Positions 26,837 through 37,273 of a DNA stretch of 64,000 nucleotides are shown here, one piece after another. Within the stretch, counting starts at the first letter, position 1, and each line of letters begins with the position of its first letter. The notes beneath the pieces are model-generated. The model saw only the letters and a list, made by a program, of their open reading frames with translations. It searched no databases and had not been told where the DNA came from. Location of the stretch: the sequence record NC_070956.1; one strand, 5' to 3'. Made by a program: the position numbers and the translations under genes.

Positions 26837-26910
26837 AGTGATCTAAATAAAATTTCACTCAAAGAAGAATCGGTTGTCCCATAGTTAAACCCAACGTGCA
26901 GGTATAAACA

Positions 26911-28335
26911 ATGAATGTCGTCTATTATCTTGTCAGCACAGCTATCAAAGACAAGACGGTTGGTATTTCGGGCGGTCATGGGTATTCCTACTCATCTCAA
27001 CCTAACGGAAACACCAGAAAGTTGACCAAGGACACTCCATCCTCCTACGGATATTTCGTTAATGGAAGTCTGCAAAGCATTGCCGTCACTCAGGAAGGGA
27101 TCTTCAATGGTCGTGGTCTTGGAGCACCAACACCACACGAAGCGTTCCTTTCTCACTTTGTAGCGTTGGTAGAACATCTGAAAGATAAAGAAGTCGAGAA
27201 GCTCCTGATCATACACAACTGTCCTAATGGACAGAAACTGTTGAAAGCAGCAACCCTGACCGAAAAGTTTCGTAACAACGAACTGGTTCTGAGAGCACGG
27301 GAAAAGTTCAAAGAGCTGGGTGATCGTGTCATCCTTGATGACGAGTATTACGTTAAAGGTGGCGAAGGTGCCAAGCAAGCCCATAAGCAATTGGACTTCG
27401 CAAAGGCCCTGGTAGAAGTCGGACAACTCCAGATGGATGTCATTGATGAAATGGCACCTAAAGAGTTTAAGAATCCCGAGAATGACTTCAACAAGATAGT
27501 GACCGCATCCCGCTGGTACTTCAATACCGGTGATCGTTCTACGCATTACAACGTTGACGATAAAGGTTACTTGGAGTATAACTTTGGTCGTCCCGAGCCT
27601 GCCAAGCATTATTACGGCAAGGCCACCCCAGACACCATGTACTCCAGCTTGTTCACCAAGAAACCAATTACGGTTCTGGATAAACTGTACGACTTCTGTA
27701 AGGAACGTAAACCGAATCCATACAACCTGCTTGCAGCGGCGAATGTGGACATGGTCAAGTCCAAGGAGATTAGTCGGATTATCGACATCCTCCCTGGTAC
27801 TGTGCAACGTAACAGTTTGGTAGCTCCAATGGAGATAGGTGGGAAGGAAGATCCCATCTTGGTCGATTTTATCGATCCCCCTGGCCTGTCCTACCGTATC
27901 GTTGATTTCCATGAAAAGCTTCGGTACTACCACACCTTCTTCCAGATGCGAGATGAAAATAATGTTCATGGCAAATCAGCCTTTGTGGACATTACCAATC
28001 TTTTCTATCTTACTGACGAAAAGGGTAAAGTAAAAATCCATCCTGGGTTCACCAACAACACGATCACCATTCCTATTCCTGTGGAATGTCCTGGTTGTGT
28101 TAAACCGGTGACTATTAACTTGGCGATCAAGTATGATTGTCCTGAGCGCAACGCTTTCAACAGTCTGATCAATAACAAGGTCGTTGATTTCAAGGTATGG
28201 CTTGGTTTGGACTTCTCCAATGAGTCGGGTGTTCGGTATTACACCATCATCGAGACTCCGGAGTTCAACTATATTCATTCCAACGCTTCGGCCAATCTGC
28301 GTGTGTACAACCTGAAAGAACTCGGTCGTAGTTAA
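26911..28335 (+). CDS. RNase H-like protein (phiKZ gp155-like), catalytic acidic residues apparently degenerate
   Basis: G.HGY.Y, YGYF, RWYF, YYGK, Y.SL...P..VL motifs recalled from the family; synteny; DG/E/D positions not evident. Confidence 0.6.
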   Translation: MNVVYYLVSTAIKDKTVGISGGHGYSYSSQPNGNTRKLTKDTPSSYGYFVNGSLQSIAVTQEGIFNGRGLGAPTPHEAFLSHFVALVEHLKDKEVEKLLIIHNCPNGQKLLKAATLTEKFRNNELVLRAREKFKELGDRVILDDEYYVKGGEGAKQAHKQLDFAKALVEVGQLQMDVIDEMAPKEFKNPENDFNKIVTASRWYFNTGDRSTHYNVDDKGYLEYNFGRPEPAKHYYGKATPDTMYSSLFTKKPITVLDKLYDFCKERKPNPYNLLAAANVDMVKSKEISRIIDILPGTVQRNSLVAPMEIGGKEDPILVDFIDPPGLSYRIVDFHEKLRYYHTFFQMRDENNVHGKSAFVDITNLFYLTDEKGKVKIHPGFTNNTITIPIPVECPGCVKPVTINLAIKYDCPERNAFNSLINNKVVDFKVWLGLDFSNESGVRYYTIIETPEFNYIHSNASANLRVYNLKELGRS

Positions 28336-28353
28336 GAACGTAATTAAAAGTAA

Positions 28354-28383
28354 CCCTCACCTCCCTTGACGGGGAGGTGAGGG
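28354..28383. terminator. bidirectional terminator
   Basis: CCCTCACCTCCC-TTGAC-GGGGAGGTGAGGG. Confidence 0.85.
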
Positions 28384-28398
28384 CCTTTATCTTATTTG

Positions 28399-29346
28399 TT
28401 ATTTTTCAGAGGGGTCAAAACCCATGAACGCTTCGAGATCTGCGATTTCGATCATCTCGATCGGTCTGAAAGCTTTAGCCACGTCGCCACCGGCTGCACA
28501 GAGACGGAAGATGAGTTTGTTACAGCTATCGATCGCCCGACCCAGTTCGTTGTTCATCTTGGTCAGGAAGTTGGTCACCTTATTAGCATGACGTTGTTCC
28601 ATTTCCGTACCAGTTGCCAGCATCTTGTTATAGATCTCAGCAAACTTGGTGTTCTCTGCAACAGATTTGGATTGGAGGGCACGATATGCGCCGCGCAGTC
28701 CTTGAACCAATGACGCAAGGTTATAAGCTTCTGCTGTGGTTTTTACGACACCGCTGAAGTTGCCATCTTTACGACGTTCGATCATGGAATCGACTTTGTC
28801 GTAAGCTGCCTGGATTGCTTTGAACTCCGCTTCGAAGGTGGGGCATTTCTCGCCGATGGTTTCGGCTGACTTGCAAACGTCATTGATCATGCCGTTCTTG
28901 TTAGTGACGTACTTGTCACTCAAACCCTTCAAGGTTGCAGGGAGAGGTTTGGCCAGCAGGACGTCGAGTTCTTTGGCTTTGGTCTCGGCCTTAGCTTTGA
29001 CTTCATCGGATGCCGTCTTGATTTCGCTCTCTACTGCTTTGGAGACCTTGTTGGTATCAGCCACAGCTTTGGTAACGGCTTGATCTTGACCACGACCTTT
29101 AGAGCCAAAGAAGAAGTCCTTAACCATCTTCAGAAAGTTCATTACCATTTCGTAGAACTTCTTACCAGCGCCAACAATCGCAGTACCGAGACCTTCATTC
29201 CCCGCAATGTCTTCGAGTCCATTGAGACGGAGACAGGTATGAAGGTATTCACCATCAGGACCTTCCAGTTTGCCGGTTGTGTTCAGTTCTTCAAACCCCG
29301 CCAACAGGGCGTCGGTATGGTCCGGCATACCAAAAGCAATATTCAT
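28399..29346 (-). CDS. internal head (ejection) protein of the phiKZ paralogous inner-head type, with propeptide
   Basis: AAGGAG SD before the ATG at 29346; IAGNE-GLGTAI..GKKFYEMVMNFLKMVKDFFFG propeptide/amphipathic helix signature. Confidence 0.7.
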   Translation of the reverse strand: MNIAFGMPDHTDALLAGFEELNTTGKLEGPDGEYLHTCLRLNGLEDIAGNEGLGTAIVGAGKKFYEMVMNFLKMVKDFFFGSKGRGQDQAVTKAVADTNKVSKAVESEIKTASDEVKAKAETKAKELDVLLAKPLPATLKGLSDKYVTNKNGMINDVCKSAETIGEKCPTFEAEFKAIQAAYDKVDSMIERRKDGNFSGVVKTTAEAYNLASLVQGLRGAYRALQSKSVAENTKFAEIYNKMLATGTEMEQRHANKVTNFLTKMNNELGRAIDSCNKLIFRLCAAGGDVAKAFRPIEMIEIADLEAFMGFDPSEK

Positions 29347-29356
29347 GTAAAGCTCC

Positions 29357-31483
29357 TTAGAAAATATCGAGAATGTTAGCCCGCTTGAAAATGGGCATTG
29401 CACGTTTGACAGTAAGTTCCAGATCTACTTCGAGATCTTTGTCCAGTGTAGGAACATCCCAAACCATCCCAGATTCAAAACCACCGAATGCAATCGGATT
29501 CTGGTTGAGTTGTTTCAGACCAGGGATCTTACCACCGCCCATTAGTTGGTTCACCAGCTCTTCGGACCACTGCATGATATCGATGGAACGAGAAGTGATG
29601 TTTTCTTCTTTACCAGTGTCCAAGTCGAAGAGATAGACAAAGCATTCTTCATCCTGCCCACGACGGTAAATCCGAGCGATAGTCTGAACCAGTTCGTAAG
29701 AACGGAACGGGGAGTTCATCAAAAGGATTTGGTTTGCCATGGTCATTTGTCTACCTTCACGCAGAGTGTTGAAGGTGGTAACGAGCGGGTTAATTTCCGG
29801 TCTGTTGGTAAACTCATTAATGATGGTGTTGATCTCATTGGTGTTCTCACCGTACAGAGGACTCGCAATCATCCCTTGTGTTTCCAGATAACTTACTACC
29901 TCGTGCACAACGTCAACGTAAGAGGTGTAGACGAGTGTCTTCTTCTTAACAGCGTTGATGTACTTGGGAAGGTTTGCATGAGCAATGGTGAGCCTTACAG
30001 CTTCCATACGGGCTTTACCGAGGACATTACCCAGCGCCTCACCACGGATCTTCAAATTCACATACTTGACAGCAGATTTGATGTGACGCCAGTATTTGCG
30101 TTGTTCACCGGTCATCCCCACGGTCTGTTCCATTTCTCGCTCAAACTCGTTAGCGAACTTGGAAAGCGGACCATCGGTGGAGTTATCGAAACCCTTGGTT
30201 CTGAACTTGTTAACTATCTCCAGATACTTGCGGAGTTTCTCGATATTGACTTTATCGTGAACCACTGCTTGTCTGTAAGCGTTAACAATGGATGTCCAGT
30301 CTTCCAGGTATTCGTCGGCCATGGATGCGTAGAAGCGAACCCGATCAGTAATGAACATCGCCATTTCAGCTCGGATAGCGTCCAGAGTGAAGTTCTCTGC
30401 ACCAGGGAATTTGACCTTGACGATGATAGGTTCTGGAGGACTATCCATGTTCGTAATTGCAGATATGGTGTACTTAATCCGACCAAGTCGATGTGCGAGC
30501 ATCTCGTTAAGGTAGGTGTTGTCGCGACCATAGAGCTTGAGGAACTGGCTGTGTACGGCTTCGTCGAACATCGGGTCGATGATGTTGAATAGTGTAAAGG
30601 TTTCTTTACCCTGTGCCTTAATCGGCGTTCCGGACATCATCAGTACATCGGAAATGAATGGGTTCTTGCAAAACGAAGTCAAACCCTTGGATTGAGAAGA
30701 GGTGTGGACGTTGTAGTTATGGGATTCATCAACAATAACTTTAGCAGGATTCCTTCCCGACTTAGTGATTGTTTTGATAGCCAGATCCCATTCACCGGTT
30801 CGGATTTGTTCCTTGTGGATAATGAATATCTTGGCATCCAGGTGATCCATGATATCAGTGCCGTCCAAAGTGGACCAAACCTTCGGCGGGTTTTTGTACA
30901 GTTTGTTGATCTCTTCTTTCCAAGGGTTATCGACCAATCCCTTGGGAACAATAACGAAGATAGCTCCGTCACTGATCATCTCCGCCCAAACCAGAGACGT
31001 TGGAGTCTTACCACTACCTACTGCCGCGTCCAGAAGACAACCACGTAGTTTGAACCCCTCTCTGATCCCATTGTAATTATCTAAGAAATCACGCTGGTCA
31101 GGATATGGTGTGATGGTAAATTTCTTCAGTGCTTTATTGACGTCGTGGGACGGGAAAGTACGGAAAGTGCTTTCAACCCAAGTCTGAGTTTTGATCTCAT
31201 CGTAGAGTTGTTTGTACTTGTGCATACCAACGTAGTAGCGGTCAACAACACGCTTGTTACTTTGGTTTGTAAGATGATGAATCAACCATGTGAATTCGAT
31301 CATAAAGAACTGGTGAATCTTAAACGACCTTGAGGAGGTCCGAGTAATCAGGCGGCTGAATATTACGCTCGTTCCGAAATTACTCGATAAATCGTGTTCG
31401 AATGCTTTTACATTTATACCACTTACGGTATAGTAGGAACCCACCTTTTCTATCTTAGGTGAGAAGTTAAAGAAACCCTGCAT
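29357..31483 (-). CDS. SF2 (SNF2/DEAD-like) helicase, phiKZ gp203-like
   Basis: AVGSGKT, VIVDESHN, MSGTP, TLREG..M, QTIARIYRRGQ. Confidence 0.9.
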   Translation of the reverse strand: MQGFFNFSPKIEKVGSYYTVSGINVKAFEHDLSSNFGTSVIFSRLITRTSSRSFKIHQFFMIEFTWLIHHLTNQSNKRVVDRYYVGMHKYKQLYDEIKTQTWVESTFRTFPSHDVNKALKKFTITPYPDQRDFLDNYNGIREGFKLRGCLLDAAVGSGKTPTSLVWAEMISDGAIFVIVPKGLVDNPWKEEINKLYKNPPKVWSTLDGTDIMDHLDAKIFIIHKEQIRTGEWDLAIKTITKSGRNPAKVIVDESHNYNVHTSSQSKGLTSFCKNPFISDVLMMSGTPIKAQGKETFTLFNIIDPMFDEAVHSQFLKLYGRDNTYLNEMLAHRLGRIKYTISAITNMDSPPEPIIVKVKFPGAENFTLDAIRAEMAMFITDRVRFYASMADEYLEDWTSIVNAYRQAVVHDKVNIEKLRKYLEIVNKFRTKGFDNSTDGPLSKFANEFEREMEQTVGMTGEQRKYWRHIKSAVKYVNLKIRGEALGNVLGKARMEAVRLTIAHANLPKYINAVKKKTLVYTSYVDVVHEVVSYLETQGMIASPLYGENTNEINTIINEFTNRPEINPLVTTFNTLREGRQMTMANQILLMNSPFRSYELVQTIARIYRRGQDEECFVYLFDLDTGKEENITSRSIDIMQWSEELVNQLMGGGKIPGLKQLNQNPIAFGGFESGMVWDVPTLDKDLEVDLELTVKRAMPIFKRANILDIF

Positions 31484-31498
31484 AACGGAACCTTAGTC

Positions 31499-32596
31499 AT
31501 GAAGAAATTGGAAAGTTTGAATTTTGAGAACCTGATCAACCATGTTTACGCCATGGGTTTACAGCTCGGTGAGAACATCGATTGCGCCGCTGATGATAAA
31601 GTGGTTGATGGTCATGTCATAGCATCGGTTGGTGTCCACCGCTTCGTGGTTCGTAACGACACCTGGGACACTTTCGTCAACGTAGTGAACAACGGTACAA
31701 CCGACGAGTTTTACGGAATGGTCAACTCCGTTCAAGTGGCTATTCGTTACGAGGTGATCATGGAATCACCCAACGATTACAAAGTCATTCCTGTCGTTGG
31801 TACCGAGGTGAAAGAAATTCCGAAGGCGTTGGAACAACTCTTGCTGGAGCGCACAACAGGTCTGATGAGCATCTGTGCCGGGGCAATGGGTCGGATTGCT
31901 AAACTCGTGAATATCGCCCAAGATCGAAACCAGCGTAATGGCGAACTGGTCAAAGACTTTGACGCGATGCTCACTTTCAACACTGAGCTCGGTCATGGTT
32001 TCAAGCCAGAACTCTGCTTCGACAAGATTCCGGCCATTCTTCGTGAATACGAAGGTTTCCAGATCGACCGCACTCCGTTCACTCAGGAGCTCAAGGAGCA
32101 ATTCCTGACCCACGAGTACAAACTGATCGACCGTGAGCTGGAAATCCTCCACGACGTCGTACAGGCGTTCCTGAACTCCAAAGCAGTCAAGTCTATGGTC
32201 TTGACCGAGGAGCTCGCGATCAACGTAGTGAACAGTGCACTGATCGCACCACTGCTGGATCAGCAAATCACCTTTATTAGTTTCGGTGGAGTTGACAACT
32301 GGCGGTTGACCGGGGATCTCACTCCTAACAGTCAGAAGTGTCACGACATCATGGATGTTGAAATCGAAAGTATCATGGACATGCTTCGGACACTCCCGCT
32401 GGAAGAAGGCGTCGACTATTGGGCGATCGATACCAAGACTCTCAACGTTTACGGTCGGACCGAACTGAATGCAACCAGTGAGAAACCTCACGACATCTCG
32501 GAAGCTATTTCCCTGAGCTATTGTGATGGTCTCCTTGAACTGTTGAAAGTTCGTCTGAGCATGCACGATAACAAACACGTCATCACTATCAACTAA
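31499..32596 (+). CDS. hypothetical protein (365 aa)
   Basis: long ORF with phage codon bias, followed by a terminator. Confidence 0.8.
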   Translation: MKKLESLNFENLINHVYAMGLQLGENIDCAADDKVVDGHVIASVGVHRFVVRNDTWDTFVNVVNNGTTDEFYGMVNSVQVAIRYEVIMESPNDYKVIPVVGTEVKEIPKALEQLLLERTTGLMSICAGAMGRIAKLVNIAQDRNQRNGELVKDFDAMLTFNTELGHGFKPELCFDKIPAILREYEGFQIDRTPFTQELKEQFLTHEYKLIDRELEILHDVVQAFLNSKAVKSMVLTEELAINVVNSALIAPLLDQQITFISFGGVDNWRLTGDLTPNSQKCHDIMDVEIESIMDMLRTLPLEEGVDYWAIDTKTLNVYGRTELNATSEKPHDISEAISLSYCDGLLELLKVRLSMHDNKHVITIN

Positions 32597-32603
32597 CAAA
32601 CAA

Positions 32604-32638
32604 AAGACCCTAGGGCCGGTTTCCCAGCCCTAGGTCTT
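32604..32638. terminator. bidirectional terminator
   Basis: AAGACC-CTAGGGC...GCCCTAG-GTCTT. Confidence 0.7.
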
Positions 32639-32645
32639 TATGGTA

Positions 32646-33413
32646 TTAGTTCAACTTCGGAAGTTGGATCACGTGGTTGGTCATGATAGCAGTGAGGTTG
32701 CTCAGCTGTTCGGTAATGAAACCAACATACTGCACTGCTTGAGCCAACGTGTTCAGTGACTCATTCAGAATTTCCTGTTGGGGTTCACTGAGACTGATTT
32801 CCTGCTCCAGGATTTTCCGCTTGAGCAGATCAGCCATCCTGATTACTTCGTCTGCGCTCTTCGCCAGCATTTCGGCATCACGAGCGTTCAACTTACCGGC
32901 AACGCGGTTGAAGTTATCGAAGATATCTTTACCAATGGTCCAGTTGGGATAGAGTTCACTAACCGGACGAGTGGACGGATTCCCCACGGTAAACACCAGG
33001 TCTGTTTTGGCTTTCAGATCAAAGATCAGAGTCATTGTGTCATGATTAAACATAGCCACAGGGACTTGACCTTTAGCTGCCGCCAGCTTCAGACCACGGT
33101 AAACTGATTCGCAACCGGTGGTAGCAATTTGCATTGCACCGATAGCTTGCAGACACAATTCCACGTATTCCTGGAAGGAACATTTCGCCGGGTTAAAAAG
33201 AACTGGCGATTGGATATGTTTGTAAGCAATATCGAAATAGTTATTCTTGTGACGGAGGGTGTTGAACAAACCACCATCTTTAATAACGTGAACCGACTTG
33301 TTGAAATTGCGAGCATTGAACTTGTCGATGCCGAGGCTCAGCTCAGAAAAGAAGGACGAAACCTTCTCGGACAGAGTCAGGGCTTCCTGACCCGCGATAT
33401 TCGCGATTGACAT
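32646..33413 (-). CDS. virion head protein (phiKZ gp153-like, recalled)
   Basis: GGAG SD; N-terminal AGQE cleavage-like motif; divergent from uvsX as in phiKZ. Confidence 0.6.
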   Translation of the reverse strand: MSIANIAGQEALTLSEKVSSFFSELSLGIDKFNARNFNKSVHVIKDGGLFNTLRHKNNYFDIAYKHIQSPVLFNPAKCSFQEYVELCLQAIGAMQIATTGCESVYRGLKLAAAKGQVPVAMFNHDTMTLIFDLKAKTDLVFTVGNPSTRPVSELYPNWTIGKDIFDNFNRVAGKLNARDAEMLAKSADEVIRMADLLKRKILEQEISLSEPQQEILNESLNTLAQAVQYVGFITEQLSNLTAIMTNHVIQLPKLN

Positions 33414-33469
33414 ACTTTGGTTATCTCCAAACCGTAACGAGTTTCATAAGATAAATTAAGAGGACATAT

Positions 33470-34933
33470 ATGCTGGGTGCATTGGATTTCCTGAAAACCT
33501 ATTCTGCCGAATCTGACCTCCAGATCGGGCTGAACGTTTCTCCCATTTTCGACATGCTGACAACCAGCATGATCAAAGACCATCGTGGTGTCTGGGTACA
33601 GAACGGTGGCCTCATGCCTATCAACGCTCTGGCCGGTGGCAACAACACTCAGAAGACAGGTCGTACTGTGAAAGACACTGCGGCGTTGCTCTACCGTTTC
33701 CAAACCGCCAAAGTGTTGTACGGTGACTCTGAATCCACTCTGGACATTTCCCGTCTGGCCGAAGAGGTTGACCGTCTGTTTGATGAAGAGGGTTACTTCG
33801 AAGAGCACATCAACAACAAGCGTTTCTTCTACATGCCGTACTCTGCCGGGATCGATGGTACCGAACTCCACCGTCGTGTCCAAGAGATCTTCACTCGTAT
33901 CGATGCGTTGTCCAAGTCCAAGGACAAGGACGAACAGGCTGCTTACGAAGGAATGTTCATCGACACTCCGTTCGTTTCTGCCAAGACCGGTAAACGGATT
34001 CGCGTCCAGGGTCCGATGTTGTTCATCATGGACTCCATCTCCGAAATTCTGTTCGACACGCTCATGTTCAAACAGTTCGATGATGGTGACATCGATGAAG
34101 GCGGCAAGAAGCGTACCCGTGACATGGAAATCGGTAACATGCGTCGCATCCTGATGACTGACGTCTGTATGCTCGGTCCGCGTGTCGGACTCCGGAGTTA
34201 CTGGATCGCTCAGTCCGCTGACGTCATGAACATCGATGGTAAGCCCAAGGAAAAAGACTCCACCTTCCTGCGTCACAACAAGAAGATCGCTGCTCCGAAA
34301 GCGATTCTCAAACTTCCGCACATTGGTGTGGAGATCATCCGTGGTGCGGTACTGAAGCAGAACGACCACTCTGTCACCTACCCCCGTGGTAAAGAGTCCC
34401 AAATCTGTGCCAACGCCAAGAGCAATCCGGAACTGGTGGAATACAGCACCACTGTCTTCCGTAACAAGTCTGGTCAGTCTGGCGGTGACATCAAGTTCAT
34501 CGGTTCCCAGGAAGAAGGTATCCTGGAATCTCTGAGTATGTACAACTCCCTGAAAGATGAAGGGTACTTTGGACTGAATGGTTCTGCCATTCGTCACAAC
34601 TGTGCCCTTATCCCCGACGTGTCGCTCACCCGACCCACCGTCCGTGACATCCTGGACGAGAACAAGAAGCTTCGCCGTGCTATCGAGATCACGTGGCAAC
34701 TCTGGTACATGCAGACCTTCTGGACCAACTTCCCGGCTGAATGGCGAATCGAGCCTGCCAAGCTCTATGAAATGGGTAAAGAGAAGGGTCTGGATTGGGA
34801 TGACGTCCTCGAGAACACTGTGTACTTCTGGCATGACAACCCCGAGCACATCAAAGAACACACCCTTACTGTTTACGAACTCCTCGAGATCGTAGTTAAC
34901 GGTAAGAAGCCCTATTGGAAGGAAACCAAGTAA
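33470..34933 (+). CDS. uvsX: UvsX/RecA-like recombinase (phiKZ gp152-like)
   Basis: GLN....D..T....NGGL...AGGNNTQKT (variant Walker A), YGDSESTLD..RL, FIMDSISE (Walker B), RNKSGQSG. Confidence 0.8.
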   Translation: MLGALDFLKTYSAESDLQIGLNVSPIFDMLTTSMIKDHRGVWVQNGGLMPINALAGGNNTQKTGRTVKDTAALLYRFQTAKVLYGDSESTLDISRLAEEVDRLFDEEGYFEEHINNKRFFYMPYSAGIDGTELHRRVQEIFTRIDALSKSKDKDEQAAYEGMFIDTPFVSAKTGKRIRVQGPMLFIMDSISEILFDTLMFKQFDDGDIDEGGKKRTRDMEIGNMRRILMTDVCMLGPRVGLRSYWIAQSADVMNIDGKPKEKDSTFLRHNKKIAAPKAILKLPHIGVEIIRGAVLKQNDHSVTYPRGKESQICANAKSNPELVEYSTTVFRNKSGQSGGDIKFIGSQEEGILESLSMYNSLKDEGYFGLNGSAIRHNCALIPDVSLTRPTVRDILDENKKLRRAIEITWQLWYMQTFWTNFPAEWRIEPAKLYEMGKEKGLDWDDVLENTVYFWHDNPEHIKEHTLTVYELLEIVVNGKKPYWKETK

Positions 34934-35301
34934 TGACCGAACAAACCAACACCTCGATGTTTTACGACTACTCTGTGCTGGTAGTGGTGGAACCTGAGTT
35001 CGAATCCAAGGTTAAGGATATCGAGGCGTATCGTAACAACCTGGTCAAGCATCTGACCAAACGAGCGGGAGGGACCCCGCTCCGTATTGTGACCCCGAAA
35101 GGTAAATTTGGGTTCGTGGGTTTCGAAGAGATGGAAAGCGATGATCGTAACAAAACTGCGTTCGTTCGTTCTGTTGAGGATTATTTGACCCAACTTAACG
35201 AGATCGTGGTTGTTGCCAACTATCAGCAACATCCCTTCTTTGACGCTCTGAGTAACAGCGCCACAGGAGCAAGCAAGACGGTCTCTTTCTACGGTTATTA
35301 A
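34933..35301 (+). CDS. conserved hypothetical protein (122 aa)
   Basis: TAATG coupling to uvsX. Confidence 0.75.
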   Translation: MTEQTNTSMFYDYSVLVVVEPEFESKVKDIEAYRNNLVKHLTKRAGGTPLRIVTPKGKFGFVGFEEMESDDRNKTAFVRSVEDYLTQLNEIVVVANYQQHPFFDALSNSATGASKTVSFYGY

Positions 35302-35310
35302 GGAACCCTC

Positions 35311-35991
35311 ATGCTTAAAAACAGAAAAGAGATTCAGAACGACATCCTTTTCTTGGCAAAGCGTATAACTCCCGGTGGTGGTAATCACCGGATTTATACC
35401 GCTCTGTTTGAAGAGATGTCCGATGATCAGTTCAAACTGTTCTGGAATGGTATCCATGATTCCGGTTTCATTCCTTTTATCGTTGACAACTACGATAACA
35501 AGGAAATGATCGATTATGACGGTATCGCCAAGCTCGCTAAGGAACTCAACATTCCATTGGAGCAGCGTATCATCATGACCGATCCTGATACCGGGTTGGA
35601 ACACACCACTCCTGAAACCTATCTGGTTGGTATTGCCGAAACCCGTAAACAACGCCAACTCCAGGCCAAGAAGTTTGGCGCATCCAAACATGACCACGAT
35701 ATCGAAGACTTGACTGGTCAACCTACCGGTGACTCTAAGGCTGGCGGTATCTCTAACCCCGAAATTCAGGTTCTGCTTTCGCTTGGTCTGAAGACTATGG
35801 CTAAAGAACTCGCTGACGTTCGTGGTGGCGATATCGGGGCTTACCAAGCCTACAAGAACGACATCATCTCTGGTGGTGAAACAACTGTTCAATCTACCCT
35901 GGAACGGGGAACTGGTGTTAAGTCCTTGAGGACGGCCCACTGGATGCTTCGTGGTCGACTGCTCGATAACAACCTGCACCGGAGGGACTGA
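35311..35991 (+). CDS. rpoB: virion RNA polymerase beta subunit, C-terminal part (phiKZ gp149-like)
   Basis: RKQRQLQAKK, DLTGQPTGDSKAGGISNPE.Q.L...GL...EL..VRGGD correspond to the RpoB C-terminal region. Confidence 0.8.
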   Translation: MLKNRKEIQNDILFLAKRITPGGGNHRIYTALFEEMSDDQFKLFWNGIHDSGFIPFIVDNYDNKEMIDYDGIAKLAKELNIPLEQRIIMTDPDTGLEHTTPETYLVGIAETRKQRQLQAKKFGASKHDHDIEDLTGQPTGDSKAGGISNPEIQVLLSLGLKTMAKELADVRGGDIGAYQAYKNDIISGGETTVQSTLERGTGVKSLRTAHWMLRGRLLDNNLHRRD

Positions 35992-36494
35992 TGTGGTTTG
36001 ATGAAACCGGTAAACCGGTAATGGAAGATCAGGTAGCCATGCTTATCGATGCGATCGCGCTCGAAAAGATGAATGAGCTCCAAGTCAATGGTGATGTGTC
36101 CAAATTCTGGACTGTCGTCTCTGACACGATTAACTCTTATCCGGTCGCTGCATTTATGCAGGCGTACAAAGACTTTACCTTTTATCTGCTGAACGACCCT
36201 TCGATGTGTAAAGAGCTTTTCGACTATACAACTTGTCTGGTTGTTCAGCTCCGTACGAAGCCCTACTACACGAAGGCGGTTGAAAGCAGTCTCTCTGTAC
36301 TGACCCAGATAAAGAATCACGATGCGTTTGCTGACGTACTCGATGAAAACGTCCAGGGTCTGGATGTTATCGCAGAGTTGCTGATGTTCATCCGACTCAA
36401 CCATCGTGTGATCGAACGTCGTCTCATCGAGATGGCAGGTGGACAGGTGAAACTCCCTCGACCTTCATCGAAACAGGATGGAGGTGAAAGATGA
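35991..36494 (+). CDS. conserved hypothetical protein (167 aa)
   Basis: TGATG coupling. Confidence 0.75.
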   Translation: MWFDETGKPVMEDQVAMLIDAIALEKMNELQVNGDVSKFWTVVSDTINSYPVAAFMQAYKDFTFYLLNDPSMCKELFDYTTCLVVQLRTKPYYTKAVESSLSVLTQIKNHDAFADVLDENVQGLDVIAELLMFIRLNHRVIERRLIEMAGGQVKLPRPSSKQDGGER

Positions 36495-37219
36495 TCTCCA
36501 TCTACACCGAGTTAGGGTCGTTGTTCGATGAACGAAGAATGATCCTATGTAAACTTGCTCGTGAAACTGTCGGATTTAAATTCGACTGGGTTCGTAATTT
36601 TCAGCAAGTGTATCAAGAACGTCTCTACGATGTTTTTGAGTATCCCGAATTCGGGATTACCGATGAACGTTATAAAGAACGGTTTGAGCGTAGAAGTAAG
36701 GAAGATTTCGCGGATCGCCTCGAGAACTTCCTTTACCCGTCGAAGGTATGTCGGGATATGTTCAATATCGTCCGAGAGTATGAATTCGGTGTGGGTAAGC
36801 TCCTCTCTGTTTCCAAGTTCACTGTGACTGTCAACACATGGCCATATGAATTGAACGACGAGGAGCAAGCAGAATTGATTGGTGCGATCAAGGGAACTGT
36901 TAGTTGGAGTTTCGACGTCAACTTGGTTCACCTTCCTCCCCAACAACTCATCCCGCACTTCCTTCATGGTTTCGATTACGTGTTCAAATACGACTACATG
37001 CTTTCACCCCACATGGGTAAGTATTGGGAGTTGTACGAGACCTCACTTCCTAGCAGAACCAAAATCGTGGTTCCTGGAGTGTTCAAAGGTAAAGTGACCC
37101 TTACAGATGGAATGGAAGCGGATTCGCCGAAAGACCTCATCTTTAAGTTAAGTGCATACCAGGGCGGTAAGGTTACCTGGATACCGTGCGATAAAAGCAT
37201 TTATGACTCATACTCATAA
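36491..37219 (+). CDS. conserved hypothetical protein (242 aa)
   Basis: GGAGG SD, ATGA overlap; IYTELGSLFDER resembles a recalled phiKZ-family N-terminus. Confidence 0.75.
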   Translation: MISIYTELGSLFDERRMILCKLARETVGFKFDWVRNFQQVYQERLYDVFEYPEFGITDERYKERFERRSKEDFADRLENFLYPSKVCRDMFNIVREYEFGVGKLLSVSKFTVTVNTWPYELNDEEQAELIGAIKGTVSWSFDVNLVHLPPQQLIPHFLHGFDYVFKYDYMLSPHMGKYWELYETSLPSRTKIVVPGVFKGKVTLTDGMEADSPKDLIFKLSAYQGGKVTWIPCDKSIYDSYS

Positions 37220-37222
37220 ATC

Positions 37223-37252
37223 ACCTCCTAGGACCCGTAGGTCCTAGGAGGT
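37223..37252. terminator. bidirectional terminator
   Basis: ACCTCCTAGGACC-CGTA-GGTCCTAGGAGGT. Confidence 0.85.
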
Positions 37253-37273
37253 TTACTTTATGTTTGTTCTGTA

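Noticed and set aside
26426-26910. Embedded or overlapping o-spanin lipoprotein
   Set aside because: No lipobox-containing ORF was seen in alternative frames or in the following gap
28399-29403. 47-bp overlap between the helicase and the inner head protein as a real overlapping-gene arrangement
   Set aside because: The SD-supported start is ATG 29346, which removes the overlap; the ORF-track start at 29403 is just the longest frame
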